Of a stretch of 33,395 nucleotides of DNA, positions 13,824 through 24,290 are shown piece after piece (the first letter of the stretch is position 1; each line of letters begins with the position of its first letter). This DNA is from Frankiaceae bacterium (lineage in GTDB: Bacteria > Actinomycetota > Actinomycetes > JADGOU01). The stretch is taken from positions 1-33,395 of the forward strand of contig JADGOU010000002.1 in the NCBI GenBank assembly GCA_017882835.1, written 5' to 3'. The translations under genes were made by a program, and so were the position numbers. The notes under the pieces were generated by a model that was given only the letters and a program-made list of their open reading frames with translations, did not search any database and was not told the DNA's origin.

Positions 13824-14745
13824 TGGCACCGCCCATGGCCCCACCAAGGAGCAGGTAGAGCACCGCCATCCGGACGCTCACGCCGTTCGTCACCTGTTCC
13901 ACGATCGTCGACCGCGGGGAGTCGGCGACCTCGGCAGCGATCTCCATCCCGCGGTTCATCGGCCCCGGATGCATCACCACGGACTCCGGCGGCAGCATTG
14001 CCATCCGCGCGGCGTCCAAGCCGTAGCGACGGCTGTACTCGCGGACGCTGGGGAAGTACACAGCGCCCATCCGTTCGCGCTGCACCCGCAACATCATCAC
14101 CACGTCGCTCTTGGGCAGCACCCGGTCGAAGTCGTAGGACACCTGCGCCGGCCAGTCCTCCACCCCCACCGGGATGAGCGTCGGCGGCGCCACCAGGGTC
14201 ACCTCCGCGCCCAGGGTGCGCAGCAGCAGCACGTTGGAGCGGGCCACCCGGCTGTGCAGGATGTCGCCGACCAGCGTGACCTGCAGCCCCTCGAGTCGCC
14301 CGAGTCGGCTGCGCATCGTGAAGGCGTCCAGCAGCGCCTGGGTCGGGTGCTCGTGGGTGCCGTCGCCGGCGTTGACCACACTGCCGCGCACCCAGCCGGC
14401 CAGCCGGTGCGGGGCCCCCGACATGGCGTGCCGGATGACCACCGCGTCGGCGCCCATGGCCTCCAGGGTCAGGGCGGTGTCCTTGAGCCCTTCCCCCTTG
14501 GACACCGCCGAGCCCTTGGCGGAGAAGTTGATCACGTCGGCGGACAGCCGCTTGGCGGCAAGCTCGAACGACGTACGGGTGCGGGTGGAGTCCTCGAAGA
14601 ACAGGTTGACCACGGTGCGCCCGCGCAACGTCGGCAGCTTCTTCACCGGGGCGGCGGCCACCCGGGCCATCTCGGCCGCGGTGTCGAGCACCAGCAGCGC
14701 CTCGTCCCGGCTCAGGTCGCCGGCTGAGAGCAGGTGGCGCATCAC
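13816..14745 (-). CDS. pyrB: aspartate carbamoyltransferase catalytic subunit
   Basis: 309 aa. Motifs [27 protein letters not shown] and HPGPMNRG. Start is GTG 14745 or ATG 14742; both overlap the pyrR stop. Confidence 0.95.
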   Translation of the reverse strand: MMRHLLSAGDLSRDEALLVLDTAAEMARVAAAPVKKLPTLRGRTVVNLFFEDSTRTRTSFELAAKRLSADVINFSAKGSAVSKGEGLKDTALTLEAMGADAVVIRHAMSGAPHRLAGWVRGSVVNAGDGTHEHPTQALLDAFTMRSRLGRLEGLQVTLVGDILHSRVARSNVLLLRTLGAEVTLVAPPTLIPVGVEDWPAQVSYDFDRVLPKSDVVMMLRVQRERMGAVYFPSVREYSRRYGLDAARMAMLPPESVVMHPGPMNRGMEIAAEVADSPRSTIVEQVTNGVSVRMAVLYLLLGGAMGGASE

Positions 14746-15389
14746 GACGAGGTGTCCTGGCGGCTCTCCTGGCGGCTCTCCTGGCGGCTCTCCTGGCGGC
14801 TGAGGTCAGCCGGGCCGATCAGTACGCCGTCCCGGCCGTCATGCTCGGCGAGCAGCACGTGCACCGTCTCTCGCAGCGAGGTGGGGATGTTCTTGCCGAC
14901 GTAGTCGGCGCGGATCGGCAGCTCCCGGTGGCCCCGGTCGACCAGGACGGCCAGCTGTACCGCGGCCGGCCGGCCCAGGTCGCCGATGGCGTCCAGCGCG
15001 GCCCGCACGGTCCGGCCGGAGAACAGCACGTCGTCGACCAGCACCACGATCCGGCCGTCCACACCGCCGGGCGGCAGCTCGGTGCGACCCAGCGCGCGGA
15101 CACCGCGCAGCCGCAGGTCGTCGCGGTAGAGGGTGACGTCCAGTGAGCCGACCGGCACCGTGCGCTGCTCGACGCTCGCCATCTGCTCGGCGATTCGGTG
15201 CGCCAGCGTGCTGCCCCGAGTCGGTATGCCGAGCAGCACGACGTCGTCGGCGCCGCCGTTTTTCTCCAGGATTTCGTGCGCCATCCGGGTCAGCACGCGG
15301 GTGACGTCCGCGGCGTCCAGGACGGGATGGGCGGCGGTGCGGTCCCCCGAAACCGGTCTAGGCCGGCGCGGGTCGGGCGCAGTCGTCAT
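14742..15389 (-). CDS. pyrR: bifunctional pyr operon regulator / uracil phosphoribosyltransferase PyrR, with a repeat-encoded C-terminal tail
   Basis: ORF trimmed to the ATG at 15387-15389 (MTTAPDP...), with GGAGG 9 nt upstream. Motifs [18 protein letters not shown] and the PRPP motif [22 protein letters not shown]. About 22 extra C-terminal residues end in [19 protein letters not shown]. Confidence 0.93.
   Translation of the reverse strand: MTTAPDPRRPRPVSGDRTAAHPVLDAADVTRVLTRMAHEILEKNGGADDVVLLGIPTRGSTLAHRIAEQMASVEQRTVPVGSLDVTLYRDDLRLRGVRALGRTELPPGGVDGRIVVLVDDVLFSGRTVRAALDAIGDLGRPAAVQLAVLVDRGHRELPIRADYVGKNIPTSLRETVHVLLAEHDGRDGVLIGPADLSRQESRQESRQESRQDTSS
14755..14802. repeat. 12-bp in-frame tandem repeat x4 (tcctggcggctc) inside the pyrR 3' end
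   Basis: Direct reading gives copies at 14755-14766, 14767-14778, 14779-14790 and 14791-14802, and only the last base of copy 4 differs. It encodes (SRQE)n on the minus strand. Confidence 0.95.
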
Positions 15390-15398
15390 CGGAAGTGA

Positions 15399-15436
15399 CC
15401 TCCTTCCCCGCCTCACCGGACGGGTCGTTAAAGGAT
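15399..15436 (-). promoter_or_regulatory. PyrR-binding RNA hairpin overlapping the pyrR Shine-Dalgarno (translational attenuator)
   Basis: The minus-strand RNA reads AUCCUUUAACGACCCGUCCGGUGAGGCGGGGAAGGAGGUCACUUCCGAUG. UCCUU pairs with AAGGA, CCCG pairs with CGGG, and the terminal loop is UCCGGUGAGG, against UCCAGAGAGG in the Bacillus PyrR binding loop as I recall it. GGAGG is partly inside the stem. Confidence 0.6.
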
Positions 15437-15570
15437 GTCTGCCGGCGGCTTCGCGGCGTACCGTCCGCTGCTGGCGTCGACGTCAACGGTAACAGTCGGA
15501 CCGGATGCCGCGACCGGCGACCCGCTCTGGCACGCCGCCGGGCGCGAGCAGATCCCGACGCCGCGGAGGC

Positions 15571-15631
15571 GTATGACGGGCGTATGACGGGCGTGGATGA
15601 CGGACGCGGATGACGGGTGCAGATGGCGGGC
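15571..15631. repeat. degenerate tandem array, 5 copies of an 11-13 bp unit with core GATGACGGG
   Basis: The copies read gtatgacgggc, gtatgacgggc, gtggatgacggac, gcggatgacgggt and gcagatggcgggc. The last copy forms the left arm of a 9-bp inverted repeat (15620-15628 with 15640-15648). Confidence 0.85.
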
Positions 15632-15694
15632 GGACGCTGCGCCATCTGGACCTAGCGACGCACCGAATCGCCAATGCGCTTGACCGCTGTGGCG

Positions 15695-15721
15695 GTAACT
15701 CGTAACGTCACGGTCAGTAAC
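15695..15721 (+). promoter_or_regulatory. candidate BldD operator: TCAC-N5-GTAA palindrome with three GTAAC pentamers
   Basis: The sequence is gtaactcgtaacgtcacggtcagtaac. 15708-15720 (TCACGGTCAGTAA) fits the outer half-sites of the Streptomyces BldD box TNAC-N5-GTNA. It lies about 90 nt upstream of the bldD ATG. Confidence 0.4.
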
Positions 15722-15810
15722 CGACACTTCGGGCCGACAACAGGAAACGAGGCGGGGAGTTCGTGGGCTGGTCCGCGCACCCGGCCGAATCCGCGTACCA
15801 GGAGCCAGCT

Positions 15811-16302
15811 ATGAGTGAGTATGCCAAGGAGCTCGGGACGCGACTTCGGGCCATCCGCACCCAGCAAGGACTGTCTTTGCACGGAGTCGAGGAGAAGTCG
15901 CGCGGGCGCTGGAAGGCCGTCGTCGTGGGCTCGTACGAACGCGGCGATCGAGCCGTAACCGTGCAGCGGCTGGCCGAGCTCGCGGAGTTCTACGGCGTAC
16001 CGGTGTCCGAGCTGCTGCCGGTGGTAGCGCCGGCCCCGCCGGTCGAGGCCGCTCCCCGGCTGGTCATCGACCTGGAGCAGCTGTCTCAGCTGCCGGCCGA
16101 GCACGCCGCGCCGCTGACCCGGTACGCCGCCACGATCCAGAGCCAGCGTGGCGACTACAACGGCCGGGTGCTCTCCATCCGGCACGAAGACCTGCGCTCA
16201 CTTGCGGTCATCTACGACGACAGCCCGAACGCCCTGACCGAGCGGCTGATTTCCTGGGGTGTGCTGTCCCCGGACGCTCGCCGGGCCGTCGTCGAAACCT
16301 GA
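15811..16302 (+). CDS. bldD: developmental transcriptional regulator BldD (c-di-GMP effector)
   Basis: ORF 15763..16302 trimmed to the ATG at 15811, with AGGAG upstream. 163 aa. N-terminal XRE-type HTH (LRAIRTQQGLSLHGVEEKS). The C-terminal domain carries the bipartite c-di-GMP motif RGD-x8-RHED (RXD-X8-RXXD) at 16147-16191. It is divergent from pyrR, as in Streptomyces. Confidence 0.9.
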   Translation: MSEYAKELGTRLRAIRTQQGLSLHGVEEKSRGRWKAVVVGSYERGDRAVTVQRLAELAEFYGVPVSELLPVVAPAPPVEAAPRLVIDLEQLSQLPAEHAAPLTRYAATIQSQRGDYNGRVLSIRHEDLRSLAVIYDDSPNALTERLISWGVLSPDARRAVVET

Positions 16303-16332
16303 CTCCCGCCACCGCCAACGCCGACGTAGCGG

Positions 16333-16877
16333 CTAGCCAGTCTCCGGGTGAACACCTCGGCTGGCGGGGTCAGAGCCTTCGCCTCGCCCAAGGGTGCGAT
16401 AGCCGGGATGTACGCCAGGGGCGAGGCCGTGATGGGTGGCGAGCCGGCCGAGGAGGTGCGCCAGGGCGGCGCGGTCCGGCTCATCGAGTGGAGCGAGGAA
16501 GTCTTCCCGTGCTCCTGCGCCACCTTCCCGATGTCGCGGAGCCGCTGGTTGCCGGCCGGTGTCAAGTGCAGCGCGTAGTGCCGGCGATCCCGCCGGTGGC
16601 GTCGGGTGAGCGGGGTCTGGCGATGAACCTCCAGTCGAAAGGACGGTCGCGGTGGCGTTGTCGCACCGCTCGAAGGCGGCGAGCCCGGCCTCGATTGCGC
16701 ACGTGAGCAGCGACGTTAGCCGCCCGCGGTGCCCCCCTGGTGATCGTGGTGCGGCTGGTGTCCGCGACACGCCGTACGACCGAGCACTGAGCGCACCACG
16801 ATCGCGACGGCAGACCCGCGCCGGCGGGCCTCGCGACAACAGGCCCGCGACAACAGGCCCGCGACGATAGGGCCCAT
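16333..16877 (-). pseudogene. probable MarR-family regulator disrupted by frame changes
   Basis: The MarR wing and following helix (DRRHYALHLTPAGNQRLRDIGKVAQEHGK) read in one frame (ORF 16212..16565). The C-terminal part (DFLAPLDEPDRAALAHLLGRLATHHGLAPGVHPGYRTLG) reads in another (ORF 16333..16911). The switch falls at cacgggaagacttc, about 16495-16505. From the ATG at 16875-16877, the wing frame has an in-frame TAA at about 16717-16719. A 14-bp tandem duplication lies in the 5' part. Confidence 0.4.
16833..16865. repeat. 14-bp tandem duplication (gcgacaacaggccc x2.4)
   Basis: Copies are at 16833-16846 and 16847-16860, with a partial copy at 16861-16865. The unit length is not a multiple of 3, so it shifts the frame of any CDS crossing it. 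Confidence 0.9.
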
Positions 16878-17042
16878 GACGTACTTCCGGGCGGCAGCCA
16901 GTTACCCCCACGAACTTCGGGTGCCGACCACTGAGTCAGATCAGAGGCAAGGCACCGGCCGGGCGGGACGCCGTGAATGCCTTACCGGCTGCTTGACAAC
17001 CGCGCTGGCGACGTGCGGCGTCGGGGCGGTCTGTGGGCACCT

Positions 17043-19799
17043 TCACCGTGGCGTCGCCGAGGGCGACGACGTGGGGAGACGAGGCGGCGGGTCGGGATCC
17101 TTGCTGCGAACATGGGGCGGCGGCCATTCGCACACCAGCGTCTCCTCCGGGAACACTGGTCCACCCAGGTAATTGCCTTGGACCAGATCACAGCCGAGCT
17201 CGCTCAACAGGGCGAGCTGCTCTGGACCCTCCACTCCTTCCGCGATCGTCCTTAGTTGGAGGCTGTGCGCGAGGTCGATGACCAGGCGCAGGATGCGGTG
17301 GTCTGTATCGTCGTTCACCGCCTTCCACACAAATGTCTTGTCGATCTTCACGAGGTCGATGGGAAGCGAACGGATACGGCTGAGGGAGGAATGGCCGGTG
17401 CCGAAGTCATCGACCGCGATGCAGACTCCTTCCTGATGAAGACTGGCGAGCGCCGCCAGCGCAGCGCCGTCGTCGGCGTCGAGCAATGTCGTTTCTGTGA
17501 TCTCGAGGCAGAGTTGGTGCGGCTGGCACGAGCTGCTGCGCAGCGCGTCACGCACCAGTTCCCGGAGGTGTGGGTCGCGGACCAGTGGGGTGGAGAGGTT
17601 CACCGCCACGACCAGACCGCGCACCGCCGGGGAAGTCGCGCTCCAACGCCGTAGTTGTTGCAGCGCTTCCTGCAGCACCCAGGCATCGATTTCGGCAATC
17701 AGTCTGGCGTGCTCGGCGACGGGCAGAAAGGTGTCCGGCAGGAGGAGACCGCGGCTGGGGTGGCGCCAGCGCAGGAGAGCCTCGACGCTGCTGGCCGGTC
17801 CGCCGGTGAGCGGATAGATGGGTTGGTACGCCAAGGTCAGCTGGCCCTGCTCAAGAGCGTGCTGCAGGCCCTGCTCCAGCTGAATACGGTTGAGCTGTTC
17901 GGCCCGAAGCTGCGGGGTCAGCCGGGTCGCGCGCGCCCGCCCGTGCCGCTTGGCCAGGTACATCGCGGCGTCAGCGTCCGAGAGCAAGCTCTCCGGCGTG
18001 GTTGTTGGTCCGGCGGTGGCGATGCCGACGCTGGCGGAGATCCGAGCTGTGCCGCGCCGCAACCGGTAGGGTTCTTCGAGCTTGCTGAGCAAGCGGCGAC
18101 TGACGGTCGAAGCATCGTCGGGGTCAGCGATCTGCGGCAGCAGGACCACGAACTCGTCACCACCCAGGCGGGCGACGGTGGCCTCGCAGCGGACCGTGTC
18201 GCTGAGTCGTCGGGCGACCGCTGTGAGCAGCTCGTCGCCGGCGGCGTGGCCGAACAAGTCGTTGATGTTCTTGAATCCGTCGAGGTCCAACAGCAGCAGC
18301 GCGAGTTCTCCGCCAGCCTGGTGCCGGTTGCGCAGCCCTCGCTCGAGCTGCTGCAGGAGTAGAGCCCGATTGGCTAGCCCGGTGAGTTCGTCGTGCCGTG
18401 CGGCGTAGGCCAAGCGCTGCTCGACTTCCCGACGCTCGGTGATGTCCTCGGCCTGCAGCAGCAGGTACTGCTCGCCGGAGTCGGCATCCCGCTCGATCGC
18501 CGTCAGCCCGGCGGCGACCCATCGTCGTTGCCCGTCAGCCCGGCGGAGCCGGGTCTGCCAGCGAACGCGGCTGCGCACGCCGGTGGCGACGTCGCACAGC
18601 GCCCGGCGGTCGTTCTCCCAGCACTCGGGCTCGGTCAGCTCGTCCAGCGCTCGGTGCAGCAGGTCGGCTCGCGGGCAGCCGGTGAGCTCGATCAGGCCGG
18701 CGTTGACCTCCACGAGGTGCCCACGCGCCGTGATCAGCGCCATCCCCACCAGGGCGGTGTCGAAGGCCGCCCGGAACCGGACCTCCGCCCACTGGCGGGC
18801 GGCTTCGGCCTCGCGCCAGGCGGTGACGTCGGTGGCCAGCAGCAGCCAACCGACGAGCCGCCCCGCATGATCGGGGATAGGAAACAAGCGTACGGCCAGC
18901 CGACCCGATTCGTCGTGCACCACGGTGGCCTGGCCTTGAGCCGCCTCGTCGATGGGCACAGGCAGGAGCTCCTGGACATCGTGGCCGATCACGGCGGCAG
19001 GAATCCGGCCGAGCAGTCGTGCCCCGGCTGCATTCACGTCGACCACGCGTCGCTGCGGGTCCAACACGAACGCGCCGTCGGAGAGCGAGGTGAAGATGTG
19101 GCTTCGAACGAGGGGGAACAGCGGCAGCAGGCGAAACCGAAGGACGCCCCATACGAGCAGCGGTCCGGCGGCGGAGAAGGCCAGCGGCGTCGGGTCGACG
19201 GCGTGACTAGGCCCCCAGCCTTCGTTGAAGGCCAGAATCGCGGCGAACGGCAACAGCGCAAACACGATCAATGTGGTGGTCTGCCGCCGATAGATCGGCG
19301 AAACGTGCAACAGCGCCGTAGTCAGGTAGACCAAGCCGCCGATCAGTGTTGCCCCGGTGTACGCGACAAACGGCCAGAACAACGGACCGCTGTCGGCCTG
19401 GACCGGACCAATCCGATACCGGTGAACGAGCCAGCTCGTGCTGGGCAGCACGAGAATCCCGAGAACCGCGACTGGGACGACGGCGAGGGCAACGGCTGCC
19501 GGCCAGGGAAGACCCTTCCTGCGACCGGTGTACTGCACCACGAACGTCCACCACGCCACCGGTAGCGCCGCGATCCCGACGTACTTGACGCCGCCCCACC
19601 AGACCCGCTGCGCCAAATCCGCTGCGACGAACAGCTCAAAGCCGTGCGCGAGATCCCAGACGGCCACCGCAGCCAGCACAGCGGCCAGCCCGCCAACCGC
19701 CGCGACGCCGGGACGGCGCAGTAGGTACCGAAGACACCCGAGCTGGAGGGCCGCGCCGGCGAGCAGCGCGATTCCCCCCCACGACCATGCCACCGTCAC
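17043..19799 (-). CDS. membrane sensor diguanylate cyclase/phosphodiesterase (7TM - PAS - PAS - GGDEF - EAL)
   Basis: 918 aa. About 7 hydrophobic helices in the first 240 aa. Two PAS-like segments (SLSDGAFVLDPQRRVVDVNAAG and FRAAFDTALVGMALITARGHLVEVNAG). Intact GGDEF (VARLGGDEFVVLLP), but RCEA where an RxxD I-site would sit. Intact EAL signatures (VEALLRW, LEITET, AVDDFGTGHSSLS, KIDK, IAEGVEGPEQ). Confidence 0.92.
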   Translation of the reverse strand: MTVAWSWGGIALLAGAALQLGCLRYLLRRPGVAAVGGLAAVLAAVAVWDLAHGFELFVAADLAQRVWWGGVKYVGIAALPVAWWTFVVQYTGRRKGLPWPAAVALAVVPVAVLGILVLPSTSWLVHRYRIGPVQADSGPLFWPFVAYTGATLIGGLVYLTTALLHVSPIYRRQTTTLIVFALLPFAAILAFNEGWGPSHAVDPTPLAFSAAGPLLVWGVLRFRLLPLFPLVRSHIFTSLSDGAFVLDPQRRVVDVNAAGARLLGRIPAAVIGHDVQELLPVPIDEAAQGQATVVHDESGRLAVRLFPIPDHAGRLVGWLLLATDVTAWREAEAARQWAEVRFRAAFDTALVGMALITARGHLVEVNAGLIELTGCPRADLLHRALDELTEPECWENDRRALCDVATGVRSRVRWQTRLRRADGQRRWVAAGLTAIERDADSGEQYLLLQAEDITERREVEQRLAYAARHDELTGLANRALLLQQLERGLRNRHQAGGELALLLLDLDGFKNINDLFGHAAGDELLTAVARRLSDTVRCEATVARLGGDEFVVLLPQIADPDDASTVSRRLLSKLEEPYRLRRGTARISASVGIATAGPTTTPESLLSDADAAMYLAKRHGRARATRLTPQLRAEQLNRIQLEQGLQHALEQGQLTLAYQPIYPLTGGPASSVEALLRWRHPSRGLLLPDTFLPVAEHARLIAEIDAWVLQEALQQLRRWSATSPAVRGLVVAVNLSTPLVRDPHLRELVRDALRSSSCQPHQLCLEITETTLLDADDGAALAALASLHQEGVCIAVDDFGTGHSSLSRIRSLPIDLVKIDKTFVWKAVNDDTDHRILRLVIDLAHSLQLRTIAEGVEGPEQLALLSELGCDLVQGNYLGGPVFPEETLVCEWPPPHVRSKDPDPPPRLPTSSPSATPR

Positions 19800-19988
19800 C
19801 GCCGCCCTCGCCTGTCCCCGGTGCCAGGTAGGTGCCGCTCACACTTCCCGTTCGAAAGCCGCCAGTGCCCCGGCCCCAGCACCCTCCGTTACCAGCATGG
19901 CACTACGATCGGACTTTCCGGCTCATGCCCTGCCTCCAATCGCCCCCCCGGGCGGCCGCGGTCAGCAGCGGCGCGGCGGCGGGCCGGC

Positions 19989-20399
19989 TCAGACGGCGAG
20001 CGAGGGCTTGAGCGCCAGCAACCGGGCCAGCAGCCCGTTGACGAACCCGGGCGAGGAGTCCGTCGAGAGCCGCTTGGCCAGCTCCACCGCTTCGTCGAGC
20101 ACGACCCCGTCCGGTACATCGGCACGCCACAGCAGCTCGTAGATCCCGATCCGGAGCACGTTGCGATCCACCGGCGGCATCCGCTCCAGCGTCCAGCCCT
20201 CGGCGTAGGTCATCAGCAGCTCGTCGATGCGCTTCCGGTGCGCGGTGACGCCCTCGACCAGCTCCACGGCGTACGCCGAGATGGGCGGGTCGGCCTCGGC
20301 CAGCCGGGCGGCCAGCGTGGCGACCACGTCCGCGCCCCGCAGGTCGGACTCGTAGAGCACGTCGAGCGCCCGCTTGCGGGCCTGGCTGCGAGCCCCCAC
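19989..20399 (-). CDS. nusB: transcription antitermination factor NusB
   Basis: 136 aa. ARKRALDVLYESDLRG and ...ELLWRADVPDGVVLDEAVELAK. The GTG start is 2 nt after the efp stop. Confidence 0.93.
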   Translation of the reverse strand: MGARSQARKRALDVLYESDLRGADVVATLAARLAEADPPISAYAVELVEGVTAHRKRIDELLMTYAEGWTLERMPPVDRNVLRIGIYELLWRADVPDGVVLDEAVELAKRLSTDSSPGFVNGLLARLLALKPSLAV

Positions 20400-20401
20400 C
20401 G

Positions 20402-20965
20402 TCAGGCGCTGATGCGACCGAGGTAATGGCCGTCGCGGGTGTCGACCTTGACCTTCTCGCCGATGACCACGAACAGCGGCACCTGGATCTCCGCGCCGGT
20501 CTCCAGGGTGGCCGGCTTGGTACCGCCGGTGGACCGGTCCCCCTGCAGCCCGGGGTCGGTGTGGCTGATCGTCAGCTCGACCGACGCCGGCAGCTCGACG
20601 TAGAGCGGAATGCCGTCGTGCACGGCAACGGTCGCCGTCATGTTCTCCAGCAGGTAGCTGGCCATGGCACCCACGGTCTCCGCGGGGACGTGCAACTGGT
20701 CGTAGGTGGCGGTGTCCATGAAGACGTAGTCGCCGCCCTCCCGGTAGAGGTAGGACATCTCCCGCCGGTCGACAATGGCCACGTCGACCTTGACGCCGGC
20801 GTTGAAGGTGCGGTCCACCACCTTGCCGGTGCGCACGTTTTTCATCGTGGTCCGCACGAATGCGCCACCCTTACCGGGCTTGACGTGCTGGAACTCGACC
20901 ACCGTCCAGAGCTGTCCGTCGAGGTCGAGGGTGATGCCGTTCTTCAGGTCATTGGTGGTCGCCAT
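20402..20965 (-). CDS. efp: elongation factor P
   Basis: 187 aa. Contains [21 protein letters not shown] and full-length EF-P architecture. Confidence 0.97.
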   Translation of the reverse strand: MATTNDLKNGITLDLDGQLWTVVEFQHVKPGKGGAFVRTTMKNVRTGKVVDRTFNAGVKVDVAIVDRREMSYLYREGGDYVFMDTATYDQLHVPAETVGAMASYLLENMTATVAVHDGIPLYVELPASVELTISHTDPGLQGDRSTGGTKPATLETGAEIQVPLFVVIGEKVKVDTRDGHYLGRISA

Positions 20966-21023
20966 GATGATTAGAGGGTACGGCGAGCGGCCGGCACCCG
21001 GACGGGTCGGGCGCCGGCTCCTC

Positions 21024-22103
21024 TCAGAGCTCCCGCAGCTCCCGCGGCGCGGTCGTCAACAGCTCCGGCCCGTTCGGTCGCACGACCAGGGTGTCCTCGA
21101 TCCGGACCCCGCCCCGACCGGGCAAGTACACCCCCGGCTCGACCGTGACCGGCACGCTCGCCGCCAGCACCCCGGTGGCCGTGGTGCCCAGCGTCGGTGC
21201 CTCGTGGATCTCCAGGCCCACCCCATGGCCCAGCCCGTGCGGGAACTGCTCGCCGTACCCGGCGGTGACGATCATGTCCCGGGCGGCGGCGTCCACGGCT
21301 TGGACATCGGCGCCGACGGCGAGCGCGGCCCGGCCGGCGACCTGGGCAGCGGCGACCAGCGGATAGATCTCCCGCTGCCAGTCCGCGGCCCGGCCGACCA
21401 CCACGGTGCGGGTCATGTCCGAGTGGTAGCCGGCCAGCCGCGCCCCAAAGTCAAGCGTCACGAAGTCACCGGCAGCGATCACCCGGTCGGTCGGACGATG
21501 GTGCGGCACGGCGCTGTTCGGCCCCGCGGCGCAGATGGTCTCGAACGCGGCGCCATCACCGCCGTACGCCCGCATCCGAGCCTCCAGCTCGGCGGCGACC
21601 GCCCGCTCGGTGCGACCGGGCGCGATGTGCGGCAGTACGTCGGCCAACGCCCGGTCCGCGATCGCGCAGGCCGCCCGGAGCAGCGCCACCTCGACGTCGT
21701 CCTTGACCATGCGCAGCTCCTCGACCACCCGGCCGAGCGAGACCAGGCTCGCCGGTTCGGCGGCGGCGAGCAGCAGGCCGTGCTGCTCCACCGTCACGTC
21801 GTGGGCCTCGAACGCCAGCCGGCCGACCCCCGCCAGCACGGCTCGCTTCGCCAGCGCGCCGGCAACTGCGCGGTCGATTACTCGGTCGACGTCGGGGGCC
21901 TGGGCGGCCGACTGCGTGCGATAGCGCCCGTCGGTGGCCAGGCACGCCCCGCCGCCCGCCAAGATGAGCAGCGCCCCGTTCGACCCGGTGAAGCCGGTCA
22001 GGTAGTAGACGTTGACCAACCGGGTGACCAGCACCGCGTCGGCGTCGAGGCCGGCCAGCGCGGCGCGCACCCGGTCGCGACGATCGCCGTGTTCGAACGG
22101 CAC
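21024..22103 (-). CDS. pepQ: Xaa-Pro aminopeptidase/dipeptidase (M24B family)
   Basis: ORF 21024..22184 trimmed to GTG 22101-22103, 4 nt after the aroQ stop. Metal-ligand region [15 protein letters not shown] and GVRIEDT. The order aroQ-pepQ-efp-nusB matches mycobacteria. Confidence 0.88.
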   Translation of the reverse strand: MPFEHGDRRDRVRAALAGLDADAVLVTRLVNVYYLTGFTGSNGALLILAGGGACLATDGRYRTQSAAQAPDVDRVIDRAVAGALAKRAVLAGVGRLAFEAHDVTVEQHGLLLAAAEPASLVSLGRVVEELRMVKDDVEVALLRAACAIADRALADVLPHIAPGRTERAVAAELEARMRAYGGDGAAFETICAAGPNSAVPHHRPTDRVIAAGDFVTLDFGARLAGYHSDMTRTVVVGRAADWQREIYPLVAAAQVAGRAALAVGADVQAVDAAARDMIVTAGYGEQFPHGLGHGVGLEIHEAPTLGTTATGVLAASVPVTVEPGVYLPGRGGVRIEDTLVVRPNGPELLTTAPRELREL

Positions 22104-22107
22104 CCGG

Positions 22108-24229
<2,122 letters not shown>

Positions 24230-24290
24230 GGGTCGAGATCCTGCTCCGCGAGCACCTCCTGCACCGCCGACTGCGCACTGACCGACGCCG

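Noticed and set aside
14755-16865. Reading the tandem repeats at 14755, 15571 and 16833 as CRISPR-like arrays
   Set aside because: The units are 11-14 bp, directly adjacent with no spacers, and two of the arrays lie inside coding sequence. There are no cas genes.
19930-19988. Rho-independent terminator after nusB
   Set aside because: There is only a 5-bp GC stem (CGCCC/GGGCG) with a 4-nt loop and no U-tract, which is indistinguishable from background in this GC-rich sequence.
19800-19988. BldD box upstream of the GGDEF-EAL gene
   Set aside because: I scanned the 189-bp upstream region by eye for TNAC-N5-GTNA and found no match, so I claim no regulatory link at the DNA level.
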